DNA of 64,000 nucleotides from Camelus ferus (GCF_009834535.1 NC_045715.1:19530001-19594000); one strand, 5' to 3'; counted from the stretch's first letter, positions 1 to 13,700 are shown. Program-made: numbers and translations. The notes: generated by a model not told the origin, from the letters alone.

Positions 1-1413
1 GCATACTTCTGAGATATTGTGGATTCAGTTCCAGATCACTGCAGCAAAGTGATTATTGCAATAAAGCAAGTTATACAAATTTTTTGGTTTCCCAGTGTGT
101 ATAAAAGTTATGTTGACACTATACTTACATCTATTAAGTGTGAAATAGTAGTATGTCTAAAACATGAAGTGTGATTCTTATTGCAAATACTTATGCAGCA
201 CTATAATAGTCACTGGGAATCAAAACTGAGTTTGCAATTTTTAGCATTCAACTTCTTAACCATAAAAATATGAAAATATGTTTATTAAATATAAAAATAG
301 GGGAACTTAGAGCTATTTTTAAATGTTGTCAATGGAATATAACTTACAATGAATTTTTGACATTTAGGAGTAGATATAAGATTAAAATTTTTTTAAATTT
401 ATTTCATTGTTAAGAAGGTAGATCTTATGTAAAGGTTATTACCACAATAAAAAAAAATGCCTTTCCTGTAATCATTGGTTTTTGAAAATGAAACACATTC
501 ATCTTTGGAGGAAAATTACCCATCTATGGAATTGTTAAAATGTCTACTGGATTATCAGGTTCAGAGTTATTTTAGAAAAGATATAATGTTTGGATGAAGC
601 TTGGACTCAGTGACCTCTAAGTCTTGTTTAAACTCTAAGATCCTTTGATTCTGTAGCTTTATATGTTTATGTAAGAATTACTAAACATTCCCTTTTTGAC
701 ATGAGGTCCATACAAGCATGCGTGATTTTATTGGTGATCAGTAAAGTTGAAATTGTTAATTCTTACTAGAGAAACTAAGTCTGAACTTTTGGAAAATAAA
801 TTGTATACAATATACATTTTTCTCTCCCTGAAATGCGTAGACTGTAAGATTCCTTTAAACCCAGATGGTAATTATCTACTTTTCACCGAGGCAATCCTTG
901 AGGGAGAGGTCCATGAAACCCCACACTTGAACTCATGGTGTTTACCTGGAACACCAACAGTGCTGAGCAGACTTGTTCCCTAGGCCTGGGCAGCACTGGC
1001 TTCATTCCAGGTGTCAAGGGCTTAGTGGGAAGTTAAATGTTCCTGGGTCTATGCTCACTGTTTGGTCTTATATGAAAGCGTCTCAGTCCTTTCCTTAAAT
1101 GTGAAAATTTCAAAGACTGAGCCACCAGCTCAATTCTAGAATAAAGATGCTCAAGTTTAAGATTAAATGAGACTGGCTCCTACTGACTAAGATCAATTCT
1201 GGTGAGTGAAACTTCTCCATATTGAACGAAATTTATAGCCATGCTTCATAATTTCTGTGTTTCCTTTCACATCTCATTTGCTTTTTGAACCATATTTTAA
1301 AATGCTTCTGTACCTATTAGTCCTCCCAAATGCTTCTAGCAAATCCACAAATGACCTTTACAATAGTAAAGTCAATGTACTTTTATTGTTATTTTAAATT
1401 GCCTTTCTTAAAT

Positions 1414-1710
1414 TAAACTTACAAGCTTCTGCACAGCAAAGGAAACCATAAGGAAAACAAAACAACAACCTATGGAATGGGAGAACATTTTTGCAAACGA
1501 TGAAACTGACAAAGGCTTGATATCCAGAACATATAAGCAGCTCATATGACATAATAAGAAAAAAACAAATAACCCAATCCAAAAATGGGCAGAAGACCTA
1601 AACAAGCCATTCTCCAAGGAAGAAATACAAATGATCAATAGGCACATGAAAAAATGCTCAATAGCACTAAGTATCAGAGAAATGCAAATCAAAACTGTGA
1701 TGAGGTATCA
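1414..1710 (+). mobile_element. L1 ORF2 C-terminal internal fragment
   Basis: Typical L1 text (aagcttctgcacagcaaaggaaacc...gaaatgcaaatcaaaac...atgaggtatcacct). No 3' UTR or poly(A). Confidence 0.88.
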
Positions 1711-1749
1711 CCTTTCTTAAATAAATGACTCTATTGTACAGTTTTTTTC

Positions 1750-2270
1750 TTTTTCAACATCTGTCTTCCATTGGCTCTATGATGTCACTCCCTACTGGTT
1801 TTCTCCTTCCAAATATTCTTTCTCAGTCTCTTTGACTGGGTCCGCTTCTGCACATCTATTTAAATTTGATGACATCTGTCCTCAGACCTCTTTTCTGTCC
1901 TTTTTTTAAACTCAAAAATATTCTTGTAAGTGCCATTTAAAGGAGCCAGGTTAACTGTTTTTGTAGCATGATTTTCACACTATTACTGAACTGGTGGTGT
2001 TTCAAGCACAACCATAGGTCTTCTGAGCTCCAGATCCTTGTATCCAACTTTATGGTTGGCACACCTCAGACTGGGCTTTTCCCATCAGAACTCATCTCTT
2101 CTCCCAGCCGTCTCCCTGTCATGGTTATCTGTTTCAAAGAATAACACAACTTCCCTTTTTCCTGGACACTAATCAACCATTGAGACTTTATCTGCTCATT
2201 AGCTCTCCAGGAAATTCTCATAACTTCTTTCAACCTACATGAAGCTGTTGATCATATTTAGAAGTTCTAT
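1750..2270 (+). mobile_element. L2 fragment
   Basis: Pyrimidine-rich text resembling L2 (cttctgagctccagatcc, cactccctactggttttctcc). Confidence 0.55.
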
Positions 2271-2464
2271 TTTTGAATAATAAAGATTTTTTTCTCTATT
2301 AGATATTACCTAATTACCATAGAGATAAATTTGTCTTGTTTTCAGTAGCTCTATGCTGACTACACTTAGTTACTTGACATATAGATATATTAATATCATA
2401 CATCCTTTTCCTTCTGTTCTTTGGCTTCCTAAACAGAGTCATCCTTGCCATCTTCAGAGTGATC

Positions 2465-3430
2465 ATGGCCAACCTGACCTCAATGAGTGGGTTCCTTCTC
2501 ATGGGGTTCTCTGAGGAGCGTAAACTTCAGATTTTACATGCACTGCTCTTTTTGGTGACATACCTGCTGGCCTTGACAGGCAACCTCCTCATTATCACCA
2601 TAACTACCTTGGACCATTGCCTCCATTCCCCCATGTATTACTTCTTGAAGCACCTCTCTCTTTTGGACCTCTGTTTCATCTCCATCACAGTCCCCCAGTC
2701 CATTGCAAATTCTCTCATGGACAATGGTTACATTTCCCTTGGTCAGTGCATTCTTCAGGTTTTCTTCTTCATAGCTCTGGCCTCGTCAGAAGTGGCCATC
2801 CTCACGGTGATGTCTTATGACCGGTATGTAGCCATCTGTCAACCACTGCAATATGAGACCATCATGGATCCCCGGGCTTGTAGGCGTGCCGTGATAGCTG
2901 TGTGGGTTGCCGGGGGCCTCTCTGGGCTCGTGCATACAGCTGTTAATTTCTCCATACCTCTCTGTGGGGAGAGAGTCATTCACCAATTCTTCTGTGATGT
3001 TCCTCAGATGCTGAAACTAGCCTGTTCTTATGACTTCATTAATGAGATTGCAGTGGCTGCATTCACAACCTCAACAGCATTTATCTGTTTGATCTCTATC
3101 GTGCTTTCCTACATTCGCATCTTCTCTGCAGTGCTGAGAATCCCATCAACTGAGGGCCGGACCAAAGTCTTCTCCACCTGCATACCTCACCTATTCGTAG
3201 TCACCTTCTTCCTCTCGGCTGCAGGGTTTGAGTTTCTAAGGCCGCCTTCTGATTCCCAATCGGCTATGGACCTCACCTTCTCCGTATTCTATACTGTGAT
3301 ACCTCCAACACTCAATCCAGTCATCTATAGTTTACGGAATGAAGCCATGAAGGCAGCTCTGAGGAAGGTACTGTCAAAAGAAGAATTTGCTCAGAGAAAG
3401 ATGTATTTAAAAGCCATTTTCAAACTCTGA
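2465..3430 (+). CDS. OR14J1: Olfactory receptor 14J1 orthologue, intact, 321 aa
   Basis: Single-exon ORF with OR motifs LHSPMYYFL, MSYDRYVAIC, KVFSTC and NPVIYSLRN. N-terminus (MANLTSMSGFLLMGFSEERKLQ) and C-terminus (LKAIFKL) match human OR14J1 as recalled. ATG is at 2465; the ORF track starts at an upstream GTG. A pyrimidine-rich acceptor ends at 2436. Confidence 0.93.
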   Translation: MANLTSMSGFLLMGFSEERKLQILHALLFLVTYLLALTGNLLIITITTLDHCLHSPMYYFLKHLSLLDLCFISITVPQSIANSLMDNGYISLGQCILQVFFFIALASSEVAILTVMSYDRYVAICQPLQYETIMDPRACRRAVIAVWVAGGLSGLVHTAVNFSIPLCGERVIHQFFCDVPQMLKLACSYDFINEIAVAAFTTSTAFICLISIVLSYIRIFSAVLRIPSTEGRTKVFSTCIPHLFVVTFFLSAAGFEFLRPPSDSQSAMDLTFSVFYTVIPPTLNPVIYSLRNEAMKAALRKVLSKEEFAQRKMYLKAIFKL

Positions 3431-3599
3431 AGAACCATACCAATAAAAACTTCTGTTATGTTTCAGATTGTAAGAGGGATAAATCTACTTTCTTCCCAGA
3501 ACTCCCTTCCATCTTCTCTATTCTTTATATTCTTTTCAAAACATAATTCTTCAAAATTTAAGATGTTATGCTTCTAAGGATATTGGTCTTCTTTCCACC

Positions 3600-4133
3600 A
3601 ATTAAATTTTTATTTATTTTTTTTCCCTTCCCACCCTCCACCCCCCTGGTAACCACAAGTCTGTATTCTCTGTCTGTGAGTCTATTTCTGTCCTGTATTT
3701 ACGCTTTGTTTTTGTTTGTTTGTTTGTTTTTGTTTTTGTTTTTTAGATTCCACATATGAGCGATCTCATATGGTATTTTTCTTTCTCTTTCTGGCTTACT
3801 TCACTTAGAATGNNNNNNNNNNNNNNNNNNNNNNNNNNNNNNNNNNNNNNNNNNNNNNNNNNNNNNNNNNNNNNNNNNNNNNNNNNNNNNNNNNNNNNNN
3901 NNNNNNNNNNNNNNNNNNNNNNNNNNNNNNNNNNNNNNNNNNNNNNNNNNNNNNNNNNNNNNNNNNNNNNNNNNNNNNNNNNNNNNNNNNNNNNNNNNNN
4001 NTCCTGAAGTAGATTTCCTTCTGGATACAAGCCCAGGAGTGGGATTCCTGGGTCATATGGTAAGTCTATTCCTAGTCTTTTGAGGAATCTCCACACTGTT
4101 TTCCATAGTGGCTGCACCAAACTGCATTCCCAT
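3600..4133 (-). mobile_element. Young 5'-truncated L1 3' end
   Basis: Near-identical to the copies at 25085-25762 and 55751-56631 (gattccacatatgagcgatctcatatggtatttt); contains an N run. Confidence 0.92.
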
Positions 4134-6499
4134 TGGATAGGGATCAATTTTTATTTTTAGGCATCTTTTAGGAATTTTTTAAATAAAAGAGAAAAGGTAA
4201 TTATTTGGGGACTTGACCACCATAATTTAAAGTTGGCTTTTAACAAATAAATTGCAAACTGCTGTCAGGTTAGCTGATTGTGTTTATGAGATATTATATT
4301 CATGGTGTATGTATATGATTTCCAATAGTCCTGCAAGTTTCTTATGTACATCAAGTATCTGTTAATTTTCCCTTCCTTTTATGTGTTATAATAGCCTTTC
4401 CCACAGCTATTTAGTCTGTAATAAATGTCAGGTGCATTACACACATTTTTCTTTTAACTCTGTCACACAACTCTTCTAGCTATGCCACTTTGTCCTCAAT
4501 CTATCAATTAGGACACTAAATTTAGGAGAGATTAATTCTCTTGAGATTTCTCAAACAAAAAGTAGTAAATACGTGATTTAAACTAACATTTGTCTGATGC
4601 CAAGCTCATTTATTTGCCTCTGCTCATTGCAAATGCTTTGTTTCCCAGTGTGTGTGTATATGTATCATCTAAAAAATTAGCATATTCTACTATAATTCAC
4701 TAATAAGATAGCCATCAGACACCTGCTTTTCCCTTACTGAATATGTTTCTATTAGTTCATTTTCTCTTCTGATCCACAGAAGAGTTTTACGCGATTTTCA
4801 CGGTTAGGCAGGGGATGCCTCCTGGGTCCATGAAAGAGAACAAAACTGAGTGAAAAGCTCAAATCTATGTGTATAAGAGTCACAGATTCTGTGAATCTCA
4901 AGCTCTGACTCCTATTCAGGGAATGTAACTTTTTTCAAGGACTCATAATTCACAAGGGGAAAATATTCTACCAGTTCCCCAATGTTGAAGTAAATCAAAG
5001 TACATGTTCTATTAACAGTGAGAATGAGCAATTGCTGAGTAATGGGGGATATTATTTAAATGCTATTTTGGATTAATGGTTCTGTCTATAATATATGCAC
5101 ATGCATACACACAGAGATTTTTTGCTTGTTTTTAAAGGTTATACATTTCTTCTCTTCCAGTATGAAGCTGGAATTGATGACAAGAACTCTATTAGTGCCC
5201 TGTTTTACAGCCCTGAAGCTTGGTCAACAACTGTTTCTCTTTCCTTATATGCACTTTTTTTTAAAAATTATGTACTATTTTAAAGAGGTTGTACATTGTT
5301 GATTTAAAAAATTCCAAGATGGAGATAAAGAAAATTTAAAACTAAACCATAAATCCACTGGAACTGATAGTGTACTATTTGTGACTCTGCCTCTAGATTC
5401 TTTTAAATGTATGTGTATGTATGTGTAGATATTATACTGTATTGCAATGTCACAGTATATAATGATCAATAAACTCTTTTGGTGTGAAACAATGTTAAAA
5501 GCATGTTTCTAGATCAATAAGTAAAATCATTTCAATAGCTATGATTAAAATCACAACCATTAAGTTATCTCCTGTTTAAGATGTTTGTCTTTTTATTGTC
5601 ATTATTCTAAACAATACTTTGATGAATGTACATCTTACTCCATGTACATATTTGTACACGTATATGATTAATTCTTAGGCAACATGCCCAGTAATCAAAT
5701 CACTTCCTTATTGTCCCATCTGCTGTATGTGTTCAATATATCATTGAACCTCCTTCAGTGTCCATTGGTCTTTATTGCCTCTAAAACAGAGAAACTTCCC
5801 TGAAATGCATTAATACTAAAACTTAATTTCATGGAGTGTTTTTCTCTCACAGAGAGAATTTTAAAATTCTTAGGGGAAAGAGAAGAAATGGTACTAAACA
5901 AAGATAATTAACATTATATAATTTTTTGTTTCTTTGAGTGAGATAATTCTGAGCTAGATTGAAGAGGGAAAATATTCCTGAAAACCTCACCAATACTCTC
6001 AGATCAAGAGAATGTGCTATTTGCAAAGAATGTGCCCATTCAGGCAAGGTAAGCCACCACCCAAGAAAGAGATTGCCAATCAACAGGAAGGAAAATATTT
6101 GCAGATAATGGATATTAAGGTTATTGACTTTAAGATGAGGTTAACCTCAAGAGGCCGCCCCCATCAATAATCAGGTCATCACTGGAAGTTTCTTCAATTC
6201 ACTCTTTGTTCATGTATTCATTTTTTTGTTCATTCCCAATTTTTTCATCTCAGTAAACAACTTCTGTCCACCTAGTTATTCTCCTTACATCAATGAATAC
6301 TCTCTTTCACTCAAACCCTGATATCCCACCAAAGTACTATTGATTAAATTTTTTATCTCTACTGCCATTTCTTTGGTCCAGGCAATATTACCTTAGACTG
6401 GTGCACTGGGACAGACTCATAACTGATTCCCACACTCTTCTATTTTGCATACAATACAGGTGTGTGTGTGGGGGTTGTTGTTGTTGTTGCTGTTGTTGT

Positions 6500-7060
6500 T
6501 TTGTCTTTTACATTTTCATCAGCTTTATTTTGGGTAAAATTTATATAAACTTTATTGTATCCATTTAGAGTGTATAAATCAGTAAATATTGATAATTGTA
6601 TATAGTCATTAAACCACCATCCACAGTCAAGGTACAGAATATTTCCATTATCTCAGAAAGATTCTTGTGTATCTTATAGTCCTTTCTTCCCCTGGCTTCT
6701 GCCCCCAAGAAACCACTGATATTTTTGTCATCAAATATTTGTTTGCCTTTTTTAGAATTTTGCATAAATGAAATCATATACATTCTTTGATGTCAAGCTT
6801 CTTTTGCTGAGCGTGGTGGTTTTGAGACTTAATCTATGTAGTTGAGTTTTCTTTTATTGCTGAGTTGTATTCCACTAACTAGATGTGCTGCTACATTTTG
6901 TTTATTCATTCATAGATTCATGAACAATTTTGCTGCTTGCAGTTTGGGGTATTTTAAATAAGTCTTTTGGGGGGTCTTATTTGATTTGGTATTGTTGTTT
7001 TGGGTTCATTAATATTTTGTATAAATAGTTTTGCATTATAATTATATTCCATTTCTTACC
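6500..7060 (-). mobile_element. Old L1M 3' fragment
   Basis: accaccatccacagtcaaggtacagaatatttcc and ttgctgagttgtattccact resemble old L1M 3' regions. Confidence 0.65.
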
Positions 7061-7150
7061 TTTTTATTTTCACTCATACAGTGATTTTAAGAGCCAATAT
7101 GTTGTAATGTTTATATCTAGCCCCCTCATTCTAACCACTGCTTGGTTTTC

Positions 7151-7271
7151 TTTTTGGGGGGGGGTAATTAGATTTTTAAATTTATTTTTGTTTTAATGGA
7201 GATACTGGGGCTTGAACCCAGGACCTCATGCATGCTAAGCACATGCTGTACCACTGAGCTATACCCTTCCC
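7151..7271 (-). mobile_element. tRNA-derived SINE (camelid vic-1-like)
   Basis: Pol III A box (TAGCTCAGTGG) and B box (GGTTCAAGCCC) on the minus strand, A-rich tail. 16-bp TSD ccactgc(t/a)tggttttc at 7135-7150 and 7277-7292. Confidence 0.9.
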
Positions 7272-7456
7272 CCGACCCACTGCATGGTTTTCAGCGATAT
7301 ATCCTCAATATTTTGCATAGTCACTTTCCCACTGATAGTCTGATATTTAAAATAAAAATTGGGGTATCATTCTATGAATAATAGTTTCACATTTCTTTTC
7401 TGCAATTTTAATAAACTTTGGGCATTTTGGCCTATCAGATTAAGTTAAATAACCAC

Positions 7457-7698
7457 TGTTTATGAAAAGGTTAACCTAGCAGGCTTGTACTGATCAAACC
7501 CAGCACATTCCAAAAACAGGTCTGTGTTCAGCTTTGGCAGGATCTTGGGAGATGAATGCTCATCTCCTGGAATAGTCTGCCTGATAAGAATTGTTTGTTG
7601 TTGTTTTTAATTCCTGAGGCCTTGGACCACATTGTACCAGTTTGATCAGATAGTTTATGCTAGTAAGGTGACTTACTGCGAACATCTGCCTTTGCTCT
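7457..7698 (+). mobile_element. LTR fragment (MER21-like)
   Basis: Begins gaaaaggttaacctagcaggc and contains gatcagatagtttatgcta, resembling MER21-type LTRs as recalled. Confidence 0.5.
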
Positions 7699-7699
7699 A

Positions 7700-9060
7700 A
7701 CATGATGTATCACATTGATTGGGTTTCATATGTTGAACCATCCGTGCACCCCAGGTACAAAGTCCACTTAATCGTGGTGAATGAGCTCGTTCATGTGCTG
7801 TTTAATTTGGTTTGCTAGTATTTAGTGAGGATATTTGCAACTATATTTATTAGGAATATTGACCTATATTTTCTATTCTAGTAGTGTTCTTTTATGGTTT
7901 ATATTATCAGAATAATGCTGGTCTCATAAATGATTTGGGAGTGTTCTTTCCTCTTTAATTTTTTGGAAGAGTTTGAGAAGGATTAGTGTTAATTCTTTTT
8001 TAAACGTTTGGTAAACTTCAGCAGAGAAGTCATTTGTTCTGGTGCCCCATTGTTTTTCAAAGCTAAATGTTTAGGGGGCTTGTCTCTCAGATGCAGGTCT
8101 TAAAAGTTGTGGTGCTTGATATTGGGTTAAAACTCTTGGCTCCTCGGGGAGAGGCTCCGGGTTCTGAGTTTTCTCTCAAAAATAGGTTATCATGCTGGAG
8201 TGGGTTTATTGTGAAATTGTGTCTCAGTCTCTCCTACCTGCTTTGATGTGAGTTTTTTAAATTTGTTAGATGTGTAGGAGTCACAAAGGATTTTGATTCC
8301 TACAACTTTACGGAATTTGTTTACTAATTCTAATAGTTTTCTGATAGCGTCCTTGGGGTTTTCTATGTTAATACCATGTCATCTGCAAATAATGACAGTT
8401 TTACTTTTTCCTCTCCAGCTTGGATTCCTTTTATTTCTTTTCTCCAATTGTTCCAGCCTGGACTTCCAGCACTATATTGAAAGAAGTGATGAGAGTGAAC
8501 CCCCTTATCTTTCTTCTGTTCTTAGAGGGAAGGCACTCAGCTTTTCACCATTGCATATGTTAGCATGTCTTCTCATAAATGATCTTTATTATGTTGAGGT
8601 ATGTTCCTTCTCTACCTAATCTGTTGAGAGTTTTTATCATGAGAGTATGTTAATTCTGTTAAATGATTTTTCTGCACCTATTGAGATGATCATATGATTT
8701 TTTATCCTTTATTTTATATACATGGTGTATCACATTTATTAATTTGCTTATGTTGAAACATCCAAGCACCCCATGGATCCCACTTGATCATCCTGTATAT
8801 TCCTTTTAATTTGCTATTGAATTTTGTTTCTAATATTATTTTGAGGACTTTGCATTATATTAATCAGGGATGTTGGCTGTAATTTACTTTTCTTGTAGTG
8901 TACTTCTTGGCTTTATATCTGAGTATATTTGATCTCATAAAATGAGTTTGGAAATATTCCCTTGCCTTATATTTTTTGTAAAAGTTTGAAAAGAATATTA
9001 ATTCTTCTTTAGATTTTTGGTAGAATTCACCATTGAAACCATCTGGTACTTGACTTTATT
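7700..9060 (-). mobile_element. Composite of L1 fragments (two overlapping RT-region pieces plus a 5'-UTR-like piece)
   Basis: The same RT-region text (tgtatcacatt...tatgttgaa.catcc...ggtagaattcacc) occurs at about 7700-8045 and again at about 8715-9050. Confidence 0.8.
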
Positions 9061-9611
9061 TTGGGAGGAAGTTTTAAATTATTAAATGAAAAGTAATTTG
9101 AGCAAAATGCTATGTAGCCTTTAAAATTTGGTAAATATATATCCAGAAAGCCTCAGAGGAAATCTTTGCAATACAAATTCTATAAATTTATAGTCATATG
9201 ATTATTACTGAAAATATTAATAATCTGTGTAAAAGATGGTAAGAGAATTCAGAAATCACAAAACAGCATTGTAGGCTTACATTCATTTCTAAGTACTTAT
9301 AAAGTAGTTGCAAAGATTTAAATAAAAAATTTTAATGGACTGGGCCTCTTTATGATATTCTCAGGTACTGTTATTAAATTTGTTTTAGGACCTTCTAGTA
9401 AGTAGATAGTTTTATGTTTAGTAGAGATGATAATGGAAGACTAAAGTAGCTATTCTAAATCTGAAATGCAATGCATAGGCCTCAGTTTCTAACATGAAAA
9501 ATAACTATAAACACTGGCTTCTAGCTTTCCAGGAGACCTGACATTAGGGATTCATTTTTTTTAACGTATAAAATCCTGTTTGCCTTTCTGAAATACATGA
9601 CGCAGCTATCG

Positions 9612-9775
9612 CAGTGGTTCTTCACGTGTGGTACTCAGATGAACAGCAGCAGCAACATCTGGGAGTGTATTAGGCATCAGATTTATGGATGTCACCTCGG
9701 ACCTTCCGAATCAGAACTACTAAGTGTGGAACTTAGGTACATACATTTTAACAAGCTTCTCCAGGTGATTTATAC
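9612..9775. mobile_element. MER5A-like hAT DNA transposon
   Basis: cagtggttcttca...cagcagcagcaacatctggg...gaatcagaac...ttttaacaagc...caggtgatt. Confidence 0.8.
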
Positions 9776-9919
9776 CTCTACCACTCAGCTAGGGACGACA
9801 AAACCCTACCGTTTACCAAACCACTCCCCCTGAGTGAAAACTTCAGAAGCTCCAAGTCCCAGGTGACAGAGAATAGAAAAGATAAAATACTTTTATCATT
9901 CAGTTCAGGCTCCCATTAC

Positions 9920-10010
9920 AAAAGAAAGAAAGAAAGGAAAAGGAAGGAAAGAAGGAAGAAAGGGAGGGAGGAAAGAAGGAAATAAATGAAGAAAAGAAAA
10001 AGAAAAAAAA
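9920..10010. repeat. GA-rich low-complexity tract
   Basis: (GAAA)/(GGAA) runs. Confidence 0.9.
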
Positions 10011-10634
10011 ATCACCAATAAAAAATCCCTGGATTTTCAAGGGAAACAACATGTTTAAAAAGATGTCATCATAGATGAGAAAGGTCAGAATTTTGTGATC
10101 AGCTTTGATGACTACCCACACACAAAGAGCAGCTGTAGTAAGTTTTCCAATCTTGAATGAGAAATTTTATGGAAAGTGACAGAAAGTTATGTTCTTTAAA
10201 TTGAGTTTGAAAAAGCAAGACTGTTAATTCTAACAAGGAAGGATATTTACTTCCCAGAAAATGAGCAGATTTAATAACATATATTTAATTCATATAAATG
10301 TATCACAAAATGAGAAATTTAAGGAAAATCAGTAAATTGGGAATGATCAATATTTTATAAGTTTATATAAATATTCAGCAAAGTAATTATACTGTAACAT
10401 GTTTCTTCAGATAGTCTCTGATATCACCGTGAAAGATAAAGCCTTGGCTAGATAAATGTTCAGTGTAATTTTGACTATTTTCCCAATGTTTCTTTATGTC
10501 TTTCACAAATACTTATAGATTTTTAGATATAAGACAGAGGTATGAATTGCAAAAGAAGAGGCTTGGTACACAGACTCAGTTCTGTTACTTAGGTATTCTG
10601 AATCTTATTTTTTCTTTTAAAAATAGAGATTAAT

Positions 10635-10765
10635 GGGACAGGGTATAGCTCAGTGATTGAGTACATGCCTAGTTCACACACAGAAGGGTCTGGGTTCAAT
10701 CCCCAGCACCTCCTCTAAAAATAAATAAGCCTAATTACCTCCCCACAAAAAACCACAAAAAATAA
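10635..10765 (+). mobile_element. tRNA-derived SINE (vic-1-like)
   Basis: gggtatagctcagtg...gggttcaatccccagc...cctaattacc followed by an A-rich tail; flanking repeat aaaatagagattaa. Confidence 0.9.
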
Positions 10766-13700
10766 TTTTTTTTTAAAATAGAGATTAAAATGCTTAAGCC
10801 ATAGAAGTTTTTTTTTTAATCCCATGTGGATTAAATGAAACATATTTTATGACAAACTAGCATGGTATCTGTCTCATGAAAATGAATGCTCAAAATTGTT
10901 CCTTTTTTAATTTCCCAGTCTGTTGATCATTACCTGTATAAATTTGACAGACTAAAATATTTAATGTACCAAAGTCAAAATTAAGTATGGATAATAATGT
11001 GGTTTATTATTTTATCAGTTTAAGGAAAAAGAGGTCACAAAACAAGACACAAAAAGAGAGAAAATATGTTGAAAGCATTGCCTTACTCTTGAATTCTTCC
11101 CGTTTCCTAATAGCGGTGTGGGGCTTTAATAAAAATGGATTAAGTTGGGGATATTTTAGAAAGATTACCATTCACATTCACGAAGTAAGAGGGAAAAGCC
11201 TTTTTAAATTTGGCAACCAAAACTAGTTTAACATTTTAAATTTAATATCGATTTTTATTGTAAATCTTAAAGTACTGACACCCTGCCTGACAACATAACG
11301 TAGAAAGGGCCGGGGAAGGCGGGGGCGGGGGGGGGTGAGGGGGAAGGATCGTAAAGGTCAAGTTAATTCTTCATGGAAGAGACATGAGGGAGAGAGAATA
11401 AATCTGAACTGTCAACAGGAGGGATGAACATCAGAGAACAGAAAAATGCAGTGAATGAGAGAGGCTATGAAAATGACTAACAAAAGCTTCTCAGATTGAT
11501 AAGAAATGGGGAGGGGGTGTTGATCTAGAGATTTAGAATTCTCCCAGTTATCATTCCTAAGAACCTGAATTAGTGAGACACACACGAAAAAACTTCAGTG
11601 AGATTTCACATGATTTAAAATAAATCACAAAGAAATTGTCTCATTCAGCAGTTTTTTCCCAGTTGCTGCATAGAACTCACAGATGGAGGGAAAAATTAAG
11701 GAATATGAGAGCCTCGTTACTAAGTGATCCATCAGCCCTCGTATACCAATACATATATTAACGAGGGGAGAACTCTTGGTTATTTCCACCCCACAAAGCC
11801 CAAAACACTGGACAATGAATTAATACTTGATTTATTTCTTCTCTGAAGTGTAGATCACTTTATATCTCTTCAGATTCTCTTTCTGAAGTTGTATATTGGG
11901 TATTTGAATGTTTTCCTTGTACATTTAAAGCCACTCAGGGCAATCGCTCTGTCTTCCTCTTCTTGGCAAATGCCAAGACGTGAATGGTCAACAAATATTA
12001 ATGACTTTAATTGAGGATAATGTGAAGATAAGTCAAACAAAATGAAATTTCAAAGAGAAAGCTGTTAGATACCAGATGAAGCTCTATATAATCAGACTTT
12101 ATGAAAAAAGAAGATTCCATGAAACATTGGATATATGTTTTCTTTCAAATTTATTTATTCTTCCTTGTTCCATAATAATAATAATAATAGCAACAATGCA
12201 CAGTGGTTTCTTTTCTTTCAATCTCTCTTAATTTTCTTTCATTACTTGCTCTTGCAATTACTTTAAATCTTATCTCAAGTCATCTCTTCTGTAATATATG
12301 GGCAATGTTGTTATAAAAATTAGAGTAACATGTAAAATTCTTGGCGCAATGCTTATTAAGAGATCCTGCCCACGGCTGTCATTCAATAAATGGTACTTAG
12401 TAGTAGACGTGGCTTTTCTTTCCATTTTCTCCTTCTCTTTCTCCTGTTTTTGCCTTGCCTAAAAGTGGTTGCCGATCAGCTGAAATCAGACTCTACAGGC
12501 AGCCTTTGAGGTGTGTTAAAGTCAGCCTGTGTTCATATTCCCACGCCCCCTCCTTCATGATTCCTGTGTGTGATTACCAGGAAATCTGCTCTTGCAAGAT
12601 AATTTCTTTAATTTTTTAAGGCAGATCCAGTGGGGAAGGAATTATGTTCTCATTACATATCTCAGTGCTGTCTGCCACTGATAATTTCCTTGCTCAGTCT
12701 GCCCACATCTGTTTAAGAACACATCTGGCTCAAACTGTGCTGCAAATCAGAATGACTCATCCCATCCAGAGGACAATTACACACCAGAAATTAACAACAT
12801 TGTAAATGGACTATATTTCAATTAAATAAATAAATATAAATAAAAAATAAAATAAGAAAATAAAAATCACCAAAAAATATTAAAATGTTGATTTCACTCT
12901 TCTAGTAGTAACATCAAGGCAAGTTTTGGTTATTTCATTCTACACAGTGTGGAATTAAATAAACTCTGCTTTGTTTTCAATTGGTCCAAGAATTGTATAT
13001 TCCTGGCTTGGTGCCAAGTGACTACCTAGCAAAGTGTTTAGTTTCTGTTTTAATAAGCATTCAAGACAAAGAGACTGTCACTGATTCTTGGGATTAAGGA
13101 GAAAGCAGAGTAAGGAGATCCTGTGAATAACTGATTACGAAAATGTTGTACATCAAACCTAACAAAATAAGAGATTATTTGTAGCCCATTAAGAATTGAT
13201 TTTTGTATTTATTTCTCCAGGAGTTTGAAAAAGAAAATCAGAAGTCAGTTATCTGGGAAAACAGCTTTGTTTCCTTTGTTTTATTTATTTATTTATTTAT
13301 TTAGTGAATGAGTGGATGAATTGATTGAGCAATGTCACATAACAGGTAAGTGTAGTCTTCTCAACACTCAAGCAGTCCAATTCTAAATCCAGTACTTTTT
13401 CATTAAGCTATTATAGCCTAAAGGAGTCACCATGAAGATTAAATGAGATGATATATATGAGAGATGATATATATGAAAAGTGCTTTACAATTTAAGGTAA
13501 AATTATTTACACCATTTCAAGATTTGATTACGCAAAAAGGCAGAAGACTTGAGGGGAAAGAAGAGTGGTGGTTAATTTAACTAATCCAAATGTAACCACA
13601 GAAGAAGCTCTAGAGCAAGGCAACTTAATTATGAGTTTAGAATGAAAAGATGCAGCTAAAGGCGTAGGAGAGGATTTTTCACAGAACTGTTATCACTGTT

